From Anthoceros angustus (Eukaryota > Plantae > Anthocerotophyta), in NCBI GenBank assembly GCA_010909165.1, contig MU008163.1, positions 1,798,001-1,862,000 on the forward strand: a stretch of 64,000 bases of DNA, in the 5' to 3' direction. The notes below the pieces were generated by a model. That model was not told the DNA's origin and made no database searches. It saw nothing but the letters and a program-made list of their open reading frames with translations. The position numbers and the translations under genes are program-made. Of this stretch, positions 9,105 through 21,500 are shown piece by piece (within the stretch, counting starts at the first letter, position 1; every line of letters begins with the position of its first letter).

Positions 9105-9495
9105 CAGTTCCGTGTCGATGAGGGGAGCCAATCAAGACGAGAAAACCATTTTTCCTTAGATGTGCTAGTTAGTTCAGTGTATATCAGTAGGCTTCAGTGA
9201 TCTGCCTGGCTGTAGTTATCAGAACTGCTGCTGAGTTTGTGAAATCTCTGACATCAGCCTGTAGTGTATGTACTCCTTCCTAACACGCTGGAAGTGTGTT
9301 GCAGCGAGATAGTGGTTGCTGCGAGTTGGAGAGCTTACGTGAACATGCGAACAGGACGAACGATGCTTGACACTGGCATGGCAGCTCCTCGATTGAAATC
9401 GGAACAATCACAGATAGGTGGGACAGCAGATATAAAGGCGCCATCCAAGTAAGAGCGCAGCAAAGAAGAAAGCATGGTGTCTTAAGTCTCTGCTC

Positions 9496-10747
9496 CTACC
9501 AACTGGCCTTATACACGCCAGTCAAGTCACCTCTGCGAGCAAGTTCCCTAAACACTATTCGAGAAATGCCAAACTTTCTAAACACTGAATGAGACCGACC
9601 TGTGAAGACACACCGGTTCTTCAGTCGGGTCTTGGAGCTACTTCTAGGGAGCTTGGACAACCTTTGGAAAAAGTCATAGCGGACTTGACTAGGAAGAGAC
9701 CTATCATGGAACACTGCCTTGTAATGGGCTCTTTTCATCTCATATTTCTCCACAAGCCGCCTCTTGTTTTGATCACGGATGCTTCTGTTCGCCATTTTAC
9801 CATACGCCAAGGATCTCGTCTGCGCTCTGATGTGGTTCGCATCCAAAACAGATGCTCCCATGATCCTGTTTGACAAAGCTGGAGAGCTTCCAAACCCCCA
9901 AGCAATTGCAGCTGTACGTACTTGAGTATCAGACCCCGTCTTCCATGCAGATGATGGCCACTGGGGCACAGTAGCAGGCAAAGAGGCACACGGAACGTGC
10001 TCAGGTTTCACAACCATGTCACCAAGCCAATCTGCCTTGCGTTTAATATCACCATTCAAGTGTGCCTCAGCCACCAGTGCTGCTCTACCACACAACACCG
10101 GCATCATTTGTGATGGGTATGAACCCTGGTGACGTAACACTGCCTTAGACTCAACGCCCACCTTCCCTCGAGCAAGACCTCCATTCCATGCCCCGAATGA
10201 CGGTACAGTACCCTGAGACGGCGTCAACAGATGACATGAGTTCTCCTCCGCTTCTAGCTCTCAACCTCCAAACCTCGATTGCCATCACAACCAACGGCTG
10301 CTATGTTCCATGACAATCTGCACAAGAACAAATCTAACACCTAAGGCAAAAAGCCCCCTCCGGAGAAATGGGAAAACAACAACCGACCTCAGTCCTGACA
10401 AACTGGAGGCTTTTGTTCAATTCCTCAACAAGCTTCCCCTTAGCTGCTTGACCTGAAATGTCAGGAGAACAACTTTCAGCTCTTGGCAACCCGGCACGGT
10501 ACAGTGACTGTGCAATCTCGACCACAAACCTGCTACCCGCCCACCACATTCTTGAAATCCAGCACTGGACATCACGACCAGGGGACCTTCATCAGTAAAA
10601 AAATACACTCTATCTGCCATCAGAATCACACATACCGAACAGGCATCAAACCCGAGCAAAATTGGAGAATCCCACGCAGGCATACCCGCAAGAAAACCGA
10701 GCTGCACACTGCATCATCCGATGCAGAAATTCACTTCTGCGTGACAT
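9496..10747 (-). CDS. RPS14: Nuclear-encoded mitochondrial ribosomal protein S14 (core 9496-9795) with inferred spliced N-terminal presequence exons
   Basis: Core [19 protein letters not shown]...[52 protein letters not shown] is mitochondrial-type uS14 (high confidence). Upstream GT-AG exons 10747-10686, 10564-10530 and 10452-10388 are phase-compatible with an acceptor at 10212 (inferred). Confidence 0.88.
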
Positions 10748-11427
10748 TCTGACGGAGCCCCTGTCAAAGGCAGATCGGGGCAGGAATCGTCAAGCACAGC
10801 ACAGGAACCCCAGAGAAAACTTAGGGTTAGGCTCCATGCCAGGACCAGCTCACGGTCTCCTCCACGGCAATCACGTCAGTGGATCAAAGCAGAGAAGCTG
10901 CGGAAGCGACATCCAGCAACCAACGAGGCTCGGACTTGCTAGCAGAGCGGATTCACGCTAATGGCACAGTCCAGGCTTCAGATAATATACAGATGGCGAA
11001 GCAACTGTATCATCAGCCGCCCGTGGGCAGGAGTGCTCAACCAACAGCCCGCTAATTTGACGTAAAAGTGTTTAAAGGCTTGCGCGAGATGCCTATAAAA
11101 TTTAACAGGTTTGTTACAAAGAAAAGCCCACCATGGTCACCGGCTGGAATACCTTGCCGCAGCTCCAGGGAGACTGTGGCAACATGTAGGGCGGAAGACC
11201 CCTGGCAACAGCAGCCCCAGCCCTTTGTCCTCGCTACACACTTCAGGTTCCTTTCCATTACTCACGGTTACAGAGGTGTACCTGTTCTACCAATGCAACA
11301 CATGTATGCTGCTTGATAAGTCTCTAATTGTGTCCGTCCATTCTCTAGTGAACTCTGTCGATACATCCTAATTAAGTTCGGGAGAACCGACGTGAAGGGT
11401 GCAGCTCGCTTCAGAGGAAAAATGCTG

Positions 11428-13620
11428 TCATTGCAGTACAAAATCTTCAGGGCTGTAGTATTCGGCGATCAGACGATAGACGTACGAGGGATTGTGCCCT
11501 CCCCTGAGAAACATGGGCATACAGGTCAGTAGGCCTAGACAAAAACATGGAACGGAAACTAAGGGCACTTACTCTAAACCTACAGACAACGGAACAACGA
11601 AGAACGCAGACTGCACGGCAGGTACAAGAATCGTACGTGTCCGTGATAAAGAGGCTGACTAAGTCAGGGGGGATGTAATCGAATGCTGAATTCACAACAT
11701 GTATTTCGGAAGCTCCTGTTGCTCCATCCAAACAATGAGAGAAGTCACCAAAATCCAGCACTTCGGCTGGAGACTTGAGCTCGTTCAATGTTGTATAGGG
11801 GTTGTGGGGGTATAACGGACACAGCTGCACATCAAAGGCTGTCAGCATCACTATCTTATTTGCATCGTCATCTGAATCATTGTGTCATGGAGAAATTGTC
11901 ACAAACCTTGTGAACTCCAGCAAGCACAACGAATGGAACGGCGTGGCGACGAGCTGCAAGTGCAACCATATTTAACCCCACAGGCGCCAGGACCCCTCCA
12001 TTCGCCATCACTGCATGAGCACCTACAATAACCTATGGCCCACCATCGAGCCAGTCAGAATGCATTAAGCTGTCATCCTCAGCTACAAAAGATATATCCT
12101 GGGCCATCGTAAAGGCATACCATATTGACACGAGCCATCATAGCAAACACTGCAGAGTCAGTGATGAGCGTGGTTTGCAGATCCACAGCTGCCAACTCCT
12201 TTGCCAAAGTATGCCCCTGATACCTGTGCGAGGCAACTATAGATCAGAGGTCACAACCTCCTACGACCAAACTGATGCCAACCAAGCAGCCAGCGTAGAA
12301 GATGATTTGCACAAACTTGCAAACCGCTTGGACAACTACCTTGGCGCACCTTCAGCAATGACCACTTGAAACGACCTTTTCTTCCTTGCTTCAAGTAGAA
12401 AGTGAAGCAATGTACGGGACCTTCCCAAAGTTAAAATCACTTCACTGAAAAAACCAACCCACGGTTATAAATACTATCTCACTGGACATTCGATGATTCC
12501 TGAGAGCATAAAAATGTGCCGACATCTGCAGAGATACCAACATCTCTGTGGGCCTATGTAACAGTGATGGAGAGAGCCTGCAGAACGAAGGGCTACTGTT
12601 TTCGCCCGAGGCGTGGACATATGATTCACAGGACCAGCTCGTTCACAGGCTCAGGTGTGCCGCAACAGGCAAGCGACTCTTACTTCTGATGAATATGCTC
12701 GAGGGCTTGGTCTGCCACCTGTGAATGAAAACTGTCGATGTCACTCAGTAATTCGTTGATGACCTCGATAACATTATGCTTCAGCTTCCAGCTTCGTGAG
12801 TTCCTGTCGCCAGCTGCACAACCCAACCACCACGCCCATGTGACCAAACCGATCTATGCAGCACTTTGCCCTCCTCCAGAAGTGATAAAGCTTACGACTG
12901 TCATGAAACGAATCAGCCCTTACTTCGGCTTTTCACATCACTGTCGGAACTCGTGGTGGTCACCACCTGAGCCTTTACCGGTGAAGGCACAGATTCTAGC
13001 AGGTTGTGCAAAGACGGTGCCCTCAATGCAGTCCTATTAGCAGCAGCAAGCGCCGAGGCAGAATACTCGTGAGCATCCCCCTCCTCTTCCTTCTCATCCT
13101 CACTGCCCCCGGACAGCCCTGTACCCACGAGAGCACTGGCTGCGAGGGATGCATCCTCCTCACGTATAATATGAAGAATGCGGCGGACAACGTTACCAAC
13201 AGCCAACTCTGCAATTCCCCGAATCCCTTCACCACGACGGACGCCTTCAAAACACAACCAACTCCAACACGAAATTGCTCACCTACCGATAGGGTTAGCG
13301 GCCATCATCCGGAGCCCGACCGCCTTCACTGCCTCAATAAGCGTGGATGCGTCCGCCGAGGCCGGAATGCGGTGCTGAGAGATGACCTGCCGGAGCAGCG
13401 TGCCCGCGTACCGTGCCGTGTCCAGAGCTCCTTCCATTTGCCTGATCTCTTCACAGCGCACATACGACATCAACGGAGAGCAGGCAACACCAAAATTCGA
13501 CTAAAACGCACAAAATCCATCTTCATGCTGCTGAGCTGCAGCTGCTTGGACACAAAAAAAAATGTACCTGCGCTTCAGCTTTGTCACAAACTCCTCCACC
13601 TGCGCCTGAACGTCGGGCAT
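11428..13620 (-). CDS. EIF2B2: Translation initiation factor eIF2B subunit beta, multi-exon; alternative start at 13632
   Basis: Exon peptides MPDVQAQVEEFVTKLKRR, ELAVGNVVRRILHIIREE, LCPLYPHNP...ELKSPAEVLDFGDFS, FDYIPPDLVSLFITD and GGHNPSYVYRLIAEYYSPEDFVLQ*. Confidence 0.93.
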
Positions 13621-13648
13621 CGCGGCCACCATGGCGCCGGCCCGAATT

Positions 13649-15955
13649 GGACTCCAACCTGCTACACCTCGCTGCACGAATTGCAGAAAACCAAAACGAA
13701 GACGCCAAACCGTTTTTGCCTCGGCCTCGGGGTTTAGTTAGGGCTTTGGTTTGATCGAAAGACATTTCAGATGTAACGCTCCAAGTTCCAAAAAAATGAG
13801 CGAGGCCCCAATTCAAGAGTGAACCGCCCTTATCGGGATTATCCAAAACTAGAGAGCTATCGGTTTTTCCAAACCTCCTCTCGATCTCCATGAGGTATGC
13901 TACTTCATTCTTCGCCTTGACAATTTTGTTATGAAGAGTGGCTCTCAATTTCTGATATTATATCTCTAAATCATCAAGTATATTTTATATCATCATACAG
14001 AAAAATAAAATATTTATATAGGTAATACCATTGAATTTTTTTGATAATATTTTGTAGAACTCGGACACACCAAACGGATAGGTACATAATGAATTTATCA
14101 TTAATCTCTCCAAACGCAGATGACTACTTATAGCTGGGGCTTGGTCATGTCGAGGTTTGCTAATGCACCCAAAAAGGTTGCATGTGCGGACGACATGCCT
14201 GCGGCCAAGATGGCCAAGACTATTTTGCTCGGGGATGGACGCCCAGTGGACGAGGACTAGAGGGGCTCTAGTCTTCAGCCCATTGAGTTGGAATAGGCGG
14301 CAGCAAGGAACATGTGGGGGAGATTAGGGTAAGGCCCCTAAGGGTTTTGCAGAACTTGACAGTTGGCACTCTTAGGATCATAATTGATGCCTTGGAGGGT
14401 TGTTTGTGGTTAGGACTAGTGTTGGCTAGGAATCTTAAAAAGATAATCATGATGGTTGCAAGTGGGAGAAGTAGATAGGGATTATTGAAAGACCCTGGCG
14501 GTTGGGATGGGTTCCCAAGGATACTATTAATTAGACATTTTTGAAAGGTCATGGATATTAGATTGCGTAGCTGGAAGCCGTAAAGGAAGACGGAGGTTGG
14601 CCTAAGGCTGGCCATATGTGTATGTCAAGCTTATATAAGAGGACAAGTTTTGAGAAGTAAAGTATCGTGATTGCGCTTCCCTTGCTTGGCGAGTGTCTTG
14701 CTTCTTGTAGGGTGCTTCGTTGCCAATTGCAAGCTAACGCAATATCTGGTAGAGCGGGGAAGTGGCTATGGTCGGAGTGCTTGGCGAAGGGCTTGCTCCT
14801 TGCGGGTGCCTCTACAGGTTGCTCCCCTTGTGAATGGTAGTTGTGAAATTGCTTTGCTTTGGGTGTGTGGCGTTGCCTAAGGAACTCTTGGCTAGAGGGA
14901 CGGCTGCAAGGAAAGACTCCCTGGAGGTCTAGTGCACACTCATGGAAGGAAGAACTTGCTGACTTGTAGGCGGACCCCAGGCAGTTGTGCCGTAAGGGCG
15001 AGCTGGGCCCAGTGAGGTTAGAGTAGGAGGATGAGGAGTTGAGTTGAGTTGAGATGAGTACGTGGATGATGATGAGTTAATTGAGGTGTAGAGGAGTAGA
15101 GTTTAGGAGTTAGAAGAAGGCTCAGGTCAAAGCCTAAGGGAGGGGTCCAAAATCTATATCAAATGAGGCTAGAAGCTGGGCCAAGGCCTCAAAACTGCGG
15201 AGGCAATGAAGTCGCGTCGCAGCATGGGAGATCTCTACGCTCCCACCCGACTGACCTACCCCTGTAGGGTGTGGACCTCCGATGGTAGGTGTCGTTGAAG
15301 GTATCTAACGGAGCACCACAAGGAGGCATGGCTGCTGCTTAGAAGTGAGTTGTGATTACCCTAGTTGTTTGAAGGGGTTTGGGTGTATGAGAAGGTATAT
15401 GCTTGTGTCTTGGAAGCTGGTTTCATGTTAAACAGAAGTCTCATGGGACGAAACCTACTGTACGTAGCGATAGTGGGACAAGTGTGGCCATTAGAGGGTA
15501 GTGTTGGGGGTCCCAAGGTCTTCCTCCCACATGGACTCCAACCTGCTACACTTCGCTGCATGAATTGCAGAAAACCAAAATGAAGACGCCACCCCGTTCT
15601 GTCTGGGCCTCGGGATTTGATTAGGGGTTTTGTTTGATCGAAAGATGTTTCATGAAACGCTCTAAGTTCCAAAAAATGAGCAACGCCCCAATTCAACAGT
15701 GAACCGCCCTTATCGGGTTTACCCAAAAGTATTGAGCTATCGATTTTACAAACCAACCTTTTTGGGTGCACGCGGCAAACATCAACATGAGCGAGCCCCA
15801 CGCTGTAGGTAGTGATCCGCCTTTGGAGATTAACGACAAATTCATTACGTACCTATCCGCCCAACATTTGGTGTATCCGAGTTCTACAAAACATTATCAA
15901 AAGAACTTTAGTGGTATTACTTATTTAGATATTTTATTTTTCTATATGATATTAT
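13649..15955. repeat. Rearranged local duplication: 15533-15754 is a direct copy of 13649-13875 (eIF2B-beta upstream region), and 15754-15955 is an inverted copy of about 13995-14180
   Basis: ggactccaacctgctacac...gaaccgcccttatcggg...aaacc is present twice in direct orientation; caacctttttgggtgca...gttctacaaaa...ggtattac...tattttatttttct matches the reverse complement of 13995-14180. Confidence 0.85.
14190..14615 (-). mobile_element. Degenerate LINE ORF1-like remnant
   Basis: FQLRNL...FQKCL..SILG and a decayed knuckle-like GHLGR segment with stops; weak resemblance only. Confidence 0.3.
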
Positions 15956-16189
15956 AGGCATTGTAGGTAACTAAACTCCTAAACATTGCCTCGGGAGGGA
16001 TTGATAATTGACTTCGGTCATTCCCGTTGATTCGGTCCTTGTTTGCGTGCAAGTGTAGGAAGTGTAGGCTACTTATCGGTTTTCTTCAATTTGCTTTTAC
16101 CCTCGTTTGGGTTTTAGGAACTTATTTTTTACAAATATTGATAAAATATTAGGAGTTCGAGATTAAAAAAATATTACATGTATAGTAAG

Positions 16190-17160
16190 TAGCGTTGTTC
16201 TTGTTACTTCTTGCTCTTTCTTCTCCTACAAAACTTTCCTTGAGGACTCAAAGTACCATGCCTAGATGTGGTAGGCCTAACTACAAGCGTGTTGGTGAGG
16301 AGCCTCCAATGTGCCGACATGGCGATGAGCGGCACTTGATTGGAGACAATCTAAATTCGGGGCGAGGATTCCACAAGTGAGAGGGAGCACCTGCGAGAGG
16401 AAGGCCCAAAGCTAAAGGACATCCCACCTCTCATGAACCCTTCTCGTAGATTGACATTGATGCTCCTCGCTGAGAGGCATTTGCTTGAGACAACAGCACG
16501 ATAATGGGAACAGGTGGAAGGAGCACGCGGCCTTGGGTCTTGTCGATTCACTCTTAAGCTCAAGGGAAGTGGAACCTCACAATGGTTTCTTCCTCTCAAT
16601 ACATACTAGGCTCCAAGCTCCAAGCAGCCCACCGTCCTGGACGACTTGCAGTCCACCTCACACGAGATGCTGCTCTTTATTTACAACAGAGTACAAGCTG
16701 GAATCTTAGCCATCACGCCCGCTGGCTACGACATTAAGACTCCACACAAAACCATTGCTAGCTCTCTCATCCAAGCACTCAGCCCCGCTCATCCAAAGCC
16801 AAGCCCTTCATCCCGCGGACAAAACCCCAACTTCAGTTTTTGGGCGGTTCTTGTTACTTATTGGTGATACATAATAGATATACCTTATTATTTTATTAAA
16901 TAAATCAATAACATCCTATAAGATTTTATATGTTTGTATAAAATCCCCTCCCTTTAAGTCTCTGTAGGGCTGTGGGTGTGGACTGGTCTTTGGTTCGTGA
17001 AGTTCATACAGTTTCCATAAGGCTGAATGTGTGGACCGGTCTCTAATTCATACAATTCATACGGTTGTCGTAGGGCTGTGGGTATGGACTGGTCCCTAGT
17101 TCGTGAAGTTCATATAGTTGCTGTAGAGTTGTGGATGTGGACTGGTTTGTGGTTCGTTCG
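16190..17160. mobile_element. Dispersed non-autonomous element, copy 1, including an about 53-bp tandem array x4 at 16965-17160
   Basis: About 650 bp (cttaagctcaagggaagtggaacctcacaatg...cacacgagatgctgctctttatt...ttttattaaataaat...tagggctgtgggtgtggactggtc) is shared with 20845-21500; 16190-16290 also resembles 19190-19230 and 19525-19555. Confidence 0.7.
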
Positions 17161-18472
17161 AAGAAACTCGATATGGCGGTGAGGGCAAACGTGTTGTGGC
17201 GCATCCGCTGCTAACGACATTCCTACCCTAGCTCTATACTACAAGAGTAGGAGGAGCGTCATCCTCCTTCACTTCTGCCCTAGCCTCCCTCGCTGTCTAT
17301 ATTCGAGCTCCCCTCCTCCTCTCCCCCTCTCCCCCCCTCCATCACCTTATCTGCTCTCACTGAAGGGAACGTCTTAGATGGTCTGTGAAATAACACCATA
17401 ATACTATACAATCTGGTATATCGATTTAAACACCTTAAAATTTTGGCTTTTTTTTTCTTTTTTATGCTTTAACTCCGCTTAGCACCCATCGAGCATAAAA
17501 TCATCAATTATGGACTAGCTCGATCGACTAGGATTATGGCAGATCAATTGCAAGCCAGGCCGCGATCTAGCTTGCGACCTACCAGCTTGCAATTGGCCAA
17601 GCCTGAGTGTGATATGATCGTGCGGATGCCAACGGGAGCTAGTTTCTGGCCGATGGAGCATTAGCTTGGTGCATGCCAATCGGAGCTCCAGCTCCACCCA
17701 AAACGAAGACAAATGATCATTTGAATTATCTAGAGCTAGTGTCGGAATGGGTACAGCATAGTAGGGTTGCTTTATTTTTTTCCAATCTTTAAATAAAGAA
17801 AAAATTGTATCATATGCAGAATTACGATGGGAACAAAACTGCCCAAATTTTTTTTAAAGAATCTCATGAGAACAAAAGGAGATAATCTTCTATATGTATA
17901 TAAGAAGTCTCAATTTGAGCTCTTTGAACTTAACCGCGGGGTTAAGACCGAGCTTTTCTACGCTTTATATGTCATGCTATACCATGTCTACACTTGAATC
18001 CTAAGGCCCACCCATTTGAAAATATGAGATCTAAACCCTTACCGCACTAATTGCTCATAGAAAATTTTCGCCTGTTTACATATTTCAGCATCTTTTGCAG
18101 CCCCTCCCTTCCCTGCCACAAACCAATCATACAACAGTTTTTCAACTTTAGGAGATGCACAATGTCGCAAGACCTAATGTTTGACACTCTGGATAATACC
18201 TTCTTTCTTGATGACTCGCTTGATGGTTGCCACTTAGATCTTCACTCAAAAATGGCTAGTGGCCCATTCACTTAGCGCCTTGTGAGTGATTGGCTTGTTA
18301 GCCTCTCTGTGGGCTAAAATGTCTATTTTTTGTTGCATTCGCAACGTCACTCTTTAAGTTCACTAAGGACGGATTTCCATCATGGGACTGAAATATGGCA
18401 ACTACATAGATTGCGGTAAAATGGTCTGGACGAATGTAAAGGTAAAATTCAAACAAGATAAGTAATCTTCAA

Positions 18473-18853
18473 TCAATCAACAGTGTCAAGGAAAATGCGT
18501 GAATGAGGGCTAAACAACACCAATTCATCCCCACGAAAGCAAGCCACTTGACCTGTAGCACAAGTAGCTTTGAAAGCGAGTAACTTCTCCTTCTTAGTCT
18601 TCCATTGCAATGGTGTAAGATCCTCATTGATATATAGCTGAGTTGTTTGTAACATAGACCTAGCCTTCATAACCTGGAGGCGATCATCTATAGAGTGAAA
18701 AGTCATAATCAATATGCCCTCCCTACTAGAATCCTTTCCAAGCCAAAAGGCTCGAGGAACGACCACATCGACCTCTAGCCTATTGAGAAACTCCTTTGCA
18801 GCCACAAGTGGTGCAACAATGTTGTTACTAAGACTAGAACTTCTCAAGTTCAA
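18473..18853 (-). mobile_element. LINE ORF1p fragment (RRM-like L1-transposase-type region)
   Basis: GILIMTFHSIDDRLQVMKARSMLQTTQLYINEDLT...KEKLL..FK...GQVACFRGDELV fits the LINE ORF1 pattern F.s..dr..vl..r..L....iyinEDLT. Confidence 0.7.
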
Positions 18854-20174
18854 AGCACGGCGAGCACGGTCCGCCCAAACAGTACAATATACATGAAATA
18901 GAAAAAGAAAAGAAAAAGATGGAGAGATTACATAAAATCTAATATAAATAAATTATATATGAAAGTACTCACCCTTGATATGAAGTCGTCGTTCCAAAAC
19001 TTCCCAAACATATTTCCTGCCCAGCAAAGCATATATATATATAGACCCAAAGTGACTCTTTTTACCGATATCTACTTTTATATTTTTTATTTATCTTGAC
19101 ATAATATGAAAAAATATTATGAAGAAGATGTTAGTGATATTATATTGACATTTTAATTTTTTCCTCATAATATTACGGGTAGTGTAGAGAAGTTCTTGTT
19201 ACTTGCTATATGCCCTTTCTTCTCCTGTAGAGCTCTTTCTCAATGTAAGAGATTCAAGCATTTGCTACTCTAGTGGATAAAAGGCCTTTAGGCAGAAGGC
19301 GAATGGCCCCTAGATTAGATGAATAGTCTCACTGCCATACTGTATAATATAGACTCTTTTGTGCTCATGACACACGTAGTTAGAGAGCTTATAGGTAGCT
19401 TTGCTAGTGTCTGTAGGTGTCATGTATAATCTCTTTATAGTATAATATAAGAATATCCTAATCCTTGGTATATCTTGATATTCTAACACTTAAGACTTTA
19501 AGTCGTAGTTGCAACAACCCTGGCTGTGGTAGGCCTAGCTAACTACAGGCATGCGTGTGGGGTTGAGATAGATTACCTAAGGCAATCTTCGAAGAGTTGC
19601 CTATTAAGGAAAGAAATGAAAGGGGAAGATTAAGAGATTACGTTGTTGAGAGGGGTCCACCACCTTTGCCGCAATTCAGTTCCCTACCCAACGCCGTAGC
19701 ACTATCTCCATATTTGGATATTTCAATGGTATGATAGTTCGTAGTATGTTTGGAAATATGAAATATCCAAACTATGAAATATGTTCAGTATCATATTTCC
19801 TAGTTATATGATATGACAGGTAGAATAGAAGAGTTCAGATCTACAATAGGTATTAGAACATAGCAAAGAAAAGAAGAATATCATAGAAAAACTAATATGA
19901 ATGAATTCAAATACATATGGAAGTACTCACATGTAGAAGAAGAATTTGTTATTGACTTCATTTAACCTTTATTGTCTTCTTCTAGTTTCATATGGTAGAT
20001 GGTAAGTTTATCTCATCTCTCTTATCATTCATGACTTCTAGGGTCATTCACAAGTGATATCCGATTGCTTAGAAAAGCTGGAAAGCTGCTTAAAAAAAGG
20101 CTATAAGGCAATAACTTTACTTGCAAAGAAATTAAGGATATAGTTTTGTTAGGGTTAGGGTTCTTTAGCGTTGC

Positions 20175-20365
20175 TACAGTACTTCGAAAAGTCCTATAGG
20201 ACCGCCTGTTGTAAAACACTCTACAGGGCTGCCTTTTGTAAAAAACCCTATGGGTCCACCTATTGTAAAAAGGCCTACGGAGCCGACTGATGTAAAAATT
20301 TCTACGGAGCCCACTACTATAAAAAGTCATACGGGCCCACTTGTTGTAACAAGAGCCCTGCAGGG
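20175..20365. repeat. 27-bp minisatellite x6-7 (ccgcctgttgtaaaaagccctacggag-like); two further units at 22345-22392
   Basis: Units ccgcctgttgtaaaacactctacaggg / ctgccttttgtaaaaaaccctatgggt / ccacctattgtaaaaaggcctacggag / ccgactgatgtaaaaatttctacggag and others. Confidence 0.75.
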
Positions 20366-20488
20366 TTACTTCTGATTGAAATGCACCATATAAATTTAAA
20401 TATGTGACCATAATTTAGTTCAAAGCCGAATATTCTACCTTTGCTTAGTGCATTCTATGCTGAATCGCATCCCGTTATAAGCTGCTTT

Positions 20489-20623
20489 GTGAAACCTCAT
20501 AATGAATAGTGTATCAGAACACTGTGAAACCAAAACGGAGCCTTGACGCCTAAAATGTGAAACTCATAATGAATAGTGTATCAGAACACTGTGAAACCAA
20601 AACGGAGCCTTGACGCCTAAAAT
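20489..20623. repeat. Near-perfect tandem duplication of about 68 bp
   Basis: gtgaaac(c)tcataatgaatagtgtatcagaacactgtgaaaccaaaacggagccttgacgcctaaaat x2. Confidence 0.95.
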
Positions 20624-20844
20624 AATATTCAGGAGCGATGTTCAGGTTTTAAAAAATACTGGGAAGCTGCCTGCAAGATAGTTGTAAAGTTATAACTTTA
20701 CTGATAGAGTGGAAATATGCAAGAAACGTTATAGAATCCTACCAACATCGTGTGAAAGAAACTAGGACGAAGAGACACTCAAGAATGAAAGTTGCAGAGA
20801 AATTAGGTGTAAGACACCCTCTACTTCGCAACCATTGAAATTGT

Positions 20845-21500
20845 GACAGGTGGAAGCAGCACATCGCCTTGGGTCTTGCTATTTCACTCTTAAGCTCAAG
20901 GGAAGTGGAACCTCACAATGCTCTATTTTTCTCATCACGCCCTTTGGTCTTGTTCATTCACTCGTAGAGCCTGATGATGATCTCTTCCTCTCAAAACCGT
21001 GCTAGGCTTCAAGTAGCCCGCCGTCCTTGACAACTCACAGGCCACCTCACACGAGATGCTGCTCTTTATTTTCAAGAGAGTATAAGCCGGAATGCTAGCC
21101 ATCCACATGCGGTGGCTATGGTATCAAGACTTCATTTCTAGTTCTCCCATCGAAGCGCTAAGCCCGGGTGGCTATGGCATCAAGACTCCATTTCTAGTTC
21201 TCTCATCCAAGCGCTAAGCCCCGCTCGTAAAACTTCCACTCCAAGCTCCAAAGCCAAGCGCTTCATGCCGCAAACGAAACCCTATTTGCTCGTTACTTTG
21301 GTAGTACACAATAGATATACCTTAATATTTTATTAAATAAATTAATAACATCGTATCAGATTTTATGTATTTGTATAAAATCCCTCCTTGTCGTCGCTTT
21401 AGGGCTGTGGGTGTGGACTGGTCTCTGGTTCGCGACGTGTAGGGCTGTGGGTGTAGGCTGGTCTCTGGTTCGTGACGTTCATACGGTCGCTTCAGGGTGT
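20845..21500. mobile_element. Dispersed non-autonomous element, copy 2, same orientation as 16500-17160
   Basis: Collinear similarity to copy 1, including the agggctgtgggtgtggactggtc tandem units. Confidence 0.7.

Noticed and set aside
13523-13948. 141-aa ORF upstream of eIF2B-beta with a paralogous ORF at 15361-15801
   Set aside because: The similarity is explained by the non-coding promoter duplication. I also checked it against recalled spliceosomal snRNA sequences and saw no match.
16965-17160. Regularly spaced about 53-bp repeats (also the 27-bp and 46-bp arrays) considered as CRISPR-like
   Set aside because: The units are contiguous degenerate tandem copies without unique spacers; no cas genes; eukaryotic context.
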